Source of the DNA: Podarcis gaigeae
Lineage: Eukaryota
Direction: 5' to 3' (one strand)
Length of the DNA: 64,000 nt
NCBI GenBank assembly: GCA_964106915.2
Contig: OZ066919.1
Shown: piece after piece, positions 57,274-64,000 of the stretch
How positions within the stretch are numbered: the first letter of the stretch is position 1
How the letters are laid out: the number at the start of each line of letters is the position of its first letter
Program-made: the position numbers and the translations under genes
The notes under the pieces: model-generated
The model's input: only the letters and a program-made list of their open reading frames with translations
What the model was told of the DNA's origin: nothing
Databases searched by the model: none

Positions 57274-60200
57274 ATCTATTGCATTAATATGACCTGACCA
57301 TACAATTACTAATCTACATCTGAGTTGCTGTTGATCAGTTTTTAAAAGCACAATCTGGGGTGGGGGTGGGTGGGAGCTGGAAGCCCTTCTGTTGTTGCTA
57401 TTGTTAAATATGTTGGAAACGGAAATAGTTGTTGATCTACTGCAAATCACCCAGAGATTTACTAATAGATCCTCATCTGCATTTTGCTTACCCCCTTTAC
57501 AGAAGAATAGAGCTTCCCACATTTTAGAATGTATATCCTAATGTGAGTTATTTTCACATTGCCACCCAAATGAGTAGCATGCTAATTCAACAATAAAGTT
57601 TTTTAATGGTTTTGTCATGGTCATCTGGTCCCAATCCAGTCTGTGGGTTTTTTTGGGGGGGGGTTGTAAAATCTACCCCAAGAAAATAATAATAATAATA
57701 ATAATAAAATACATGGAGATAATACTTGAGCACACTTAGGATGCTTACTTATTTTCTTTTGGCCCCTTGGCAAGCCATAGATTTCTCTGGCATAGAAAGA
57801 ACAACAGACAAGTTACATTTGATGGCAACCATCACATAAGCGTCTCTAAGGAATGCATGGGGTGACCATGCCATGAGCGCACAGAGGTACCTCTATGTAT
57901 GGGCCCTAAGACTAGGTCATACAGGATCCTGGCATGCACATTCTGCTAAGGAGTATGGCCCCAACCTACCATTTATAATATTCTGCATGAAGCGGTACTA
58001 ATGCATGTGCATTTGTATGTATGTGTGCCCTACCTACACAATTATAGGTGGGTGGTTCTTCTACACACACACTAAATTCACACCAGGTTCACATTAAATG
58101 ACTGCACAGCAGTGGGGCCTGATCCTGTGGCTCATTTGTAGTCCAGTGCATGTTGAACATGTTGGGACCTCATGTGAACTCTTTCTGCCTCTGTTGGGAA
58201 AGAAAGATGGAATATATTTGATTTGGGAGTGTTGTCCAACTATAACACCTGCTCATAAGTCTGAGAAATTTGTATTGACCAGCTCACTTCCCCCAGATGT
58301 CTCTTTTTATCCAGCTTGAAGAATAAAAGCTGATGATTCCTCTGTACTTCATGATCAATGGTGTGTGTACGTTAATGCCTCTGCTGGGGGGTCTTGTGGT
58401 GTCTGGTCATCCTGGCAGATTGAATAGGGGTGAAGCTAAGAGATAGGTTTGAAGTGGTGGGGGATGTGCAGGTGGGAATTTCTCCCAGATTTCAAGTCTG
58501 GGAAGGGTTACCAGGACAGTAGTCTAAACCTCAGTTATGATGCAATCCATCAAATTCACTACAGTAATTAACTTGAAGAAAACAGTTTTCAAGTTTTTAT
58601 TTCTTCTAAAACAGTCTACTCGGTTAGAAAGATCTAACTCATGGGGAAGCCTCTTGTCCAAAGGCTACTCTGTGTCATTGCTAAAAACTAAGCTGGTTTT
58701 TAAAACTTTTTTATTCCTTAACTTTATTGGGTTTTAACATGTATATAAGTTTAACACTTGAAATTACCAAAGTTGAAAACTATTCATGTCACCCCTTTCT
58801 TCCTGTCTGATTTTGAATATAAATGTACCTCTTTATCTTTGTCCTGAATCCACAGCCCTTTAGTTTATAGTATCTTCTTCCTGTGACAGTCTTTAAAACT
58901 TGTTATTAAATTACCTATGAAGTTAAACAAAGAAGAACTCCATAAACCTCTCACAATAAAGTCAAGATTCTTTTATCAAGTGGCAAGTCATGCTTGACAG
59001 GGGGTTCCCTCCCCCAGTATTGATATGGCTATCAAGTTGCAGTTGACCATGTCTGACCCTTTCAAGGCATGTCTACTTAGCTATGTGCCTAATGAAACCA
59101 CCCCACTTCCTTTGTGCTTTAGGATGAGGTGGATTGTGGGGGGCAGAGAATTTCTTCTTAGTGCAGATGCACAGGAGGATACAAGGTAACTCTTTTGTTT
59201 GCTGTGGGAAGAGTTGGCACTTTGTTCTTTGTCTTTACGATGCATTGCATAATGGCAACCTGCAGCCCTTGAATAGCTTCAATAGACATCACTCTAATGA
59301 TACCATGGTGCTCAGCAGCACAAGTGCTACTCTCAGCTCTTGTAATGCATACTGTCCTCACTCATTTCTGCCAGGCCCCTGGGCACTGTTGCTAAGTGTC
59401 CCCAGGGCTGGAGTGAGCATGCCAGCCCCCCCTTCCCCAATCTCTCTGGGTGGCTAGGCAGTCCCATTTTTTTTGCCTGGCTGCTCTTTTGCTAAGCACC
59501 CCTGCAGTGATGCAATAAGCTTTCCGGAGCAATGGTTATCGGTTGGCCTTTTACTCTTTTGTACAAAACCCAAATGTCCTCCTGTTCTTCCTTCTCAGCT
59601 CCTCCCTCTCCTCCCCCTCCCATCTGTGATTGCCTTTCAATGGAAGGGCCAGCAAAGGAGGGGTTAATACCCAGTGGCACCTGCAGCTTGGCTGGTGGTG
59701 TTGACATGAGGAGGAGGGGATATTCTTGGTGGGTGGGGGGGGCAAGCAGAATGAGGAGGGGGAATGGTTGGTGGCTTTATTATAAAGAGCTCAGCAGGCC
59801 CTGGGCTCCCATTGTCCAAGTGGCAAATAAATAAATAGGAGAAAGCAAGTCTTCCCTATGGCTCCACCACGGGAGGTTAACAGCTGGGCATGACATGACA
59901 AATTGGACCCTTTTTGGTAGAGATGGATCCTATCAGCCCTGAGCAGTAGAGCTTAAGCGGGAGGGAACATCGCAAAGGGCTTGTTTAACTTTGGAAGGGA
60001 TTTTCTTTCCTTGCTGCCATGTATGTGGCTTTCTTCTCTTACAAAGTTTACCCCTTGAAATAACAACATTATGAGCTTAATGTCAGAATAGACCACACAA
60101 GCCCATTTGGGGGTGGGAAGGGATATGTTTCCTTATGTTTATTATGTTTCTTTTCTTTAGTCAAGAAGCCCTCTGCAGGGAGCCAGAACCAGATCTGTAA

Positions 60201-60325
60201 ATTAGGTGCTCACCTCCACCACACCCCATTTCATGTTTCATACAGTCTACCTGTTTCTTCCACTGGGATTTTTGAAAGGAATATGGTTTTCTGATGAATT
60301 ACAAAATTTTAGATTTAGACTGATA

Positions 60326-60654
60326 CAGTGGTGCTGGGACGAGGGAGGCGGGGGGGGGCGTGGTCCTAGGTGCTTTTTTTTTTGATGGGGCACAACCAGA
60401 CACCCCTTTGACAAGCTCCCTCATCAGAGCCTGAAACAGCTGAAAGACACCAGATGCAGCTTCACTCCCAGGTTAAGCCTGATCTAGAGAGAGGAGAGTG
60501 GCGGCAATGTTGCTGTCCACTCTCCTCAGTTGCAGTGTGCCAGCCGCAGTAGCTCCACCCCTGGGTCAGGCCTGACTTGGGGTTGCAGCTCCCTCCCTCC
60601 AAGCCCCACCCCATGCTCTTGCCCCAGGCAGTGCTAGCCTATGCTCTGCCACTA
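60326..60654. mobile_element. hAT-like MITE, 329 bp
   Basis: Termini CAGTGG.../...CCACTA. Perfect 8-bp TSD GACTGATA at 60318-60325 and 60655-60662. Confidence 0.8.
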
Positions 60655-60785
60655 GACTGATAACCCCCAGTTGCCCCCCCCCCCACACACAAAGAAACCC
60701 CAGAGCATGCTATGGTTGGTTTCTTAGCATTAGAATCCAATGGATGCCATTTTAAAACTTGTGGGATGGATTTGCTTGTTAACAG

Positions 60786-60980
60786 TAGGCACCTCGGAAG
60801 CTGCTTTATATTGAGCCAGGCCATTGGTCCATCTAGCTCAGTACTGCCTACACTGACAGGCAGCAGCTCTACAGGGTTTCAGGCAGGAGACATTAGCTCT
60901 ATCTGGAGATGTTGTGGATCGAACCTGGGACCTTCTGCATGCAAAGCACATGTTCTGCCCCTGAGCTGTGGCCCTTCCCC
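60786..60980 (-). mobile_element. tRNA-derived SINE, full length (Squam2-like, tentative)
   Basis: The reverse complement begins GGGAAGGGCCACAGCTCAGGGGCAGAAC..GGTTCGATCC (A/B boxes) and ends GAGCTAGATGGACCAATGG..GCAGCTTCC. It is homologous to 5078-6260 and 1583-1690. Confidence 0.75.
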
Positions 60981-61860
60981 TAGCTGATTTCTGAATTTTA
61001 CCTCATTTAGGAAATGAAAAGTGCCAGGCAGGAGTCACCCACCCCTTTTCGGTGCCTGCCCCACCTCTGAAGCCTCACTTACTAGGGTCACGTGGCTGTG
61101 GTTTTTGGGTTTCGGCAAGATATTCCAAAAAGCCTGTGAGATCTCACTGGATGCCACAGTTGCTTCTCCTTGCTTCTCCAGTGGTGGTGGAGGGGTGCAG
61201 GTGGCGTAACCCTCCCCCCCACCACAGAAGTGAGGAGAAGCAGTGGGGGAAAGGGTTTGGAGCAACCAAATTCAGGGAGGTAAGGCCCAGAACGGTAGAG
61301 GGTTCAGAGCCTTATCTTCTGTGTGCTTGTCTTGCTGTTAAAGTATGGTGACCCCTCCCCTACTTTCTGTGAGTGGACTGGACAAGTGAAAAATGTCTCC
61401 ATCACATTTAGTTTTAGCTTAATTCACTTGCAGAGGTGATTAGCGTTAGATTTTCTAGTCCTGTTCTTCGCCCCACCCTCCAGCCACATTGAAAGCTATT
61501 CCAGACTTCCCAGAAGAGGACAGTAGAGACAAAAAGTGATGTCTGGCTACTGAGTGCTGATGGGGGAGGCAAAAAGCTAAGATTATAATGCCTGGAGAAT
61601 ACTTTTAGCACTAATTTAGAGCTGGACAAGCATGAACTTTACAAAGCATGTATTTCATGCCCTTCTAAATACATTGCTGAAAGCAAATTCAAATCTCTGG
61701 TGTAAATCTATACTTTAGAAATTTTAAGAAATATAGAGCGAAATCACTGTTTTTTGAAAGTTTGTTCAATGACCCCCCCCTTTTTGTGTGTAGGAATGTG
61801 TGACTGTGACTGTTGCTTTACTTAGGTGTATAAATTAATGCCTCACACTGCCCCCCCAGC

Positions 61861-61945
61861 AAAAATAACAAAGGGTCTTGTGGCACCTTCAGTACTAAAA
61901 AAATTATTGTGACCTAAGCTTTTGTGGACTCAAGGTGCATAAGTA
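61861..61945. mobile_element. Penelope-like terminal fragment (tentative)
   Basis: GTCTTGTGGCACCTTCAGTACTAA..TTATTGTGACCTAAGCTTTTGTGGACT resembles the common sauropsid Penelope end. Confidence 0.45.
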
Positions 61946-63141
61946 GTTTTCAGTGCAGATAAAAAAACAACCTTAGGTGTGAATGTGACAGATATTTTAA
62001 ATAAACCTCGTTGGGAAAATAAAATCCCACAAGGCTAGGCATGTAGTAGAAACTTCTTCTGAAGGCATTCAGCACTCCCTCTTTTTTCAGATCCAAATAA
62101 CTTTCTCCTTTTGTCCCTCATTCTGCAAGTTAGGGTATAGGATAAGAGATAAATGCATATAGGAGAGAGAGAACTTGGAAGAAAATGGCAGAGCTGCCAC
62201 TTGAGCATCAGTACACAAGCTTCCTAAGCATTATAAGATGAAACTCTGAATCTCAGCATATGCTTCCTGGGGGTAGACAACATGCCTTCGTTCTGTAGCA
62301 TGCAGCTGATTCTGTGGAGCCCACCCAAGGGAATAGTACTACTTTCCCGCTTGCATTCCAGCAGTTGAGACTGACCTCAAGATGTGGGGGAAGCATTTTC
62401 TTTCAAATAAAACAAAACACCATTCCCTCTATTTCTGAAGTTGACAAGCATATATGAATGGCACCATTTATGTACAAGGAGGGGATATTTGCAGGCTTGA
62501 GGGAACACCAAGATTTACAGAAGTACAAAAAAATTAACAAACAAAATACCCAAAGGGGAGACACCCCCCCAGTCAAAAAAGAACTGAGCATGCTTAGTTG
62601 CTGCATAATGCTTATTCGTTGTTAGAGCTTGGAAGTGCAAATCAGGGAAATGGGAAGTATATCCTATAGAAGGGCAGGGCTGGCTGACTGGAACTCTGAA
62701 TAGGAAAACTCCATGCTACAACATTTTGTTGCAAGTTCCACTTGTAAATTTCTGGTTTTCTGTGTGTCCAGAGAAGAGTCTGTACACCTGATATATTATT
62801 TTGGCCCGGGCTACATGTGTAGGTCATGTAGATGGGGTGTGTCTTCTTGTATGCATCTGCAGCCCTTTTGTTCATTATATGTATTTTTAAATTTCAATGT
62901 TGAATCAATGTTGAAAACTTATAGGGGCTGAGGGAATTCTGTTTTTCTAGTTCTATTCTGGGAAACCAGAGAGCACCCCTCTCTATGCTAGAGTAAGATG
63001 CCGACCCTGTCCTTCTAAGCAAGAGTTGCTATCCCAATAGTGAGACTGCTTCCTCAACCCATCAAATGGTCCCTTACCCATTTACGGTAAGAAAATTTTC
63101 CTTTCCCTCACAACTTCACCTGGGGCTTTACACATAAATAC

Positions 63142-63145
<4 letters not shown>

Positions 63146-63192
<47 letters not shown>
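63146..63192. repeat. (TC)n microsatellite
   Basis: Seen directly. Confidence 0.95.
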
Positions 63193-63194
<2 letters not shown>

Positions 63195-63195
<1 letters not shown>

Positions 63196-63380
63196 TGTCT
63201 CATATCTCCACTCCTGCCCATAAACGCCACAGTGAGGCCACAGCCTGATTGAATTTGGAAGCCTTTGTTTACAGACGTCTGGCTGGACAAGAGGCTATTT
63301 ATTGAATTTTCCATGAAATGTTGCTCCCTTAATGCTGTAAAGAGCAGGCTGCCCACATCAAGAGGGAGGTTGTGTTAACA
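63195..63380. promoter_or_regulatory. candidate enhancer-like element
   Basis: CCATAAA, FOX TGTTTAC (63266-63272), AGACGTCT palindrome (63273-63280) and MEF2-like CTATTTATTG (63295-63304). Confidence 0.35.
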
Positions 63381-64000
63381 GATCAGGTTACTCTAAGATG
63401 CATTGTATGCCTGTCCCACACTCTCTCTGCATGCTCAGGCAAGCTTAAGTGTGTGCCTGTGTGTATACATACACATATCATTGGGGACTGATGTTGGGAT
63501 TGCACTATAGTGGGAACTGTCTTTTGCCCATGGAGTTGTATCTTCCTCACACCAGAAAGGACTGGTAGTTCCTTTCAAAGAGACTCTGTCATTACAAGGC
63601 TAGTTGTGCTGGTACATAACCTTCAGCATCAGGGTAGAATGTGCAGTTGAGAAAATTAATTACATAAGATTGTATCCCAGATTCTAGCCCCCACAAGCAG
63701 AAATTCATGATGAAGTATTTTGCTTTCTGCTTTTTGGAAATTTTGGCAGCCTAAGTATAAGACTGGCCAATACTCCAATATTTGGAAGGCTTGGACTGTT
63801 CCTCAAGAGCAGGTGGGGCTTGTGCCTGAGCAGTGTCTGGGCAATGGTGGCTATTTATGGGAGTTAACCAATAAGTGTGATCTATGTATTCATAGATGCT
63901 GTTATGCAAAAAGGAACATCATAGAATGCATTACAGCAGAGATGTATTTTGTGATGCAGGCAGTCTAATTTTTGTTCTATTTGTTTTTGTTAGATGTCTT

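Noticed and set aside
58700-59045. Possible ancient L1 3' end on the minus strand
   Set aside because: Only an AATAAA and vague similarity. Too decayed to support.
1-64000. Naming the host gene or the exact species
   Set aside because: No coding exon or uniquely recognisable sequence is present, so alignment is required.

Overview
Vertebrate genomic DNA, almost certainly from a squamate reptile and most likely a lacertid lizard, judged from a young Sauria/Squam1 SINE, a (CTT)n-tailed Squam3-like SINE and a Bov-B LINE. No host protein-coding exon could be recognised. The window reads as a very long intron or gene desert of a developmental-regulator-type locus. About ten repeat-free, CpG-retaining, TF-motif-dense blocks that look like conserved non-coding elements (CNEs) are interspersed with transposons. 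The only long ORF is a 5'-truncated but uninterrupted LINE-1 ORF2 (RT plus C-terminal zinc knuckle) on the minus strand with a perfect 17-bp TSD. Also present are a Bov-B 3' end with a 13-bp TSD, several SINE families, old L2/CR1 fragments, hAT-type MITEs with 8-bp TSDs, fold-back MITEs and microsatellites. The most notable oddities are: three short N-runs that all sit in unique CNE-like DNA rather than in repeats; a candidate recursive-splice/cryptic-exon module at ~2.0 kb; a strong acceptor in front of a CNE-like block that has stops in all three frames; a near-perfect 74-nt hairpin; and a multi-level nested TE cluster. I found no convincing new biological system. Family names come from recognising consensus motifs, and conservation is inferred, not measured.
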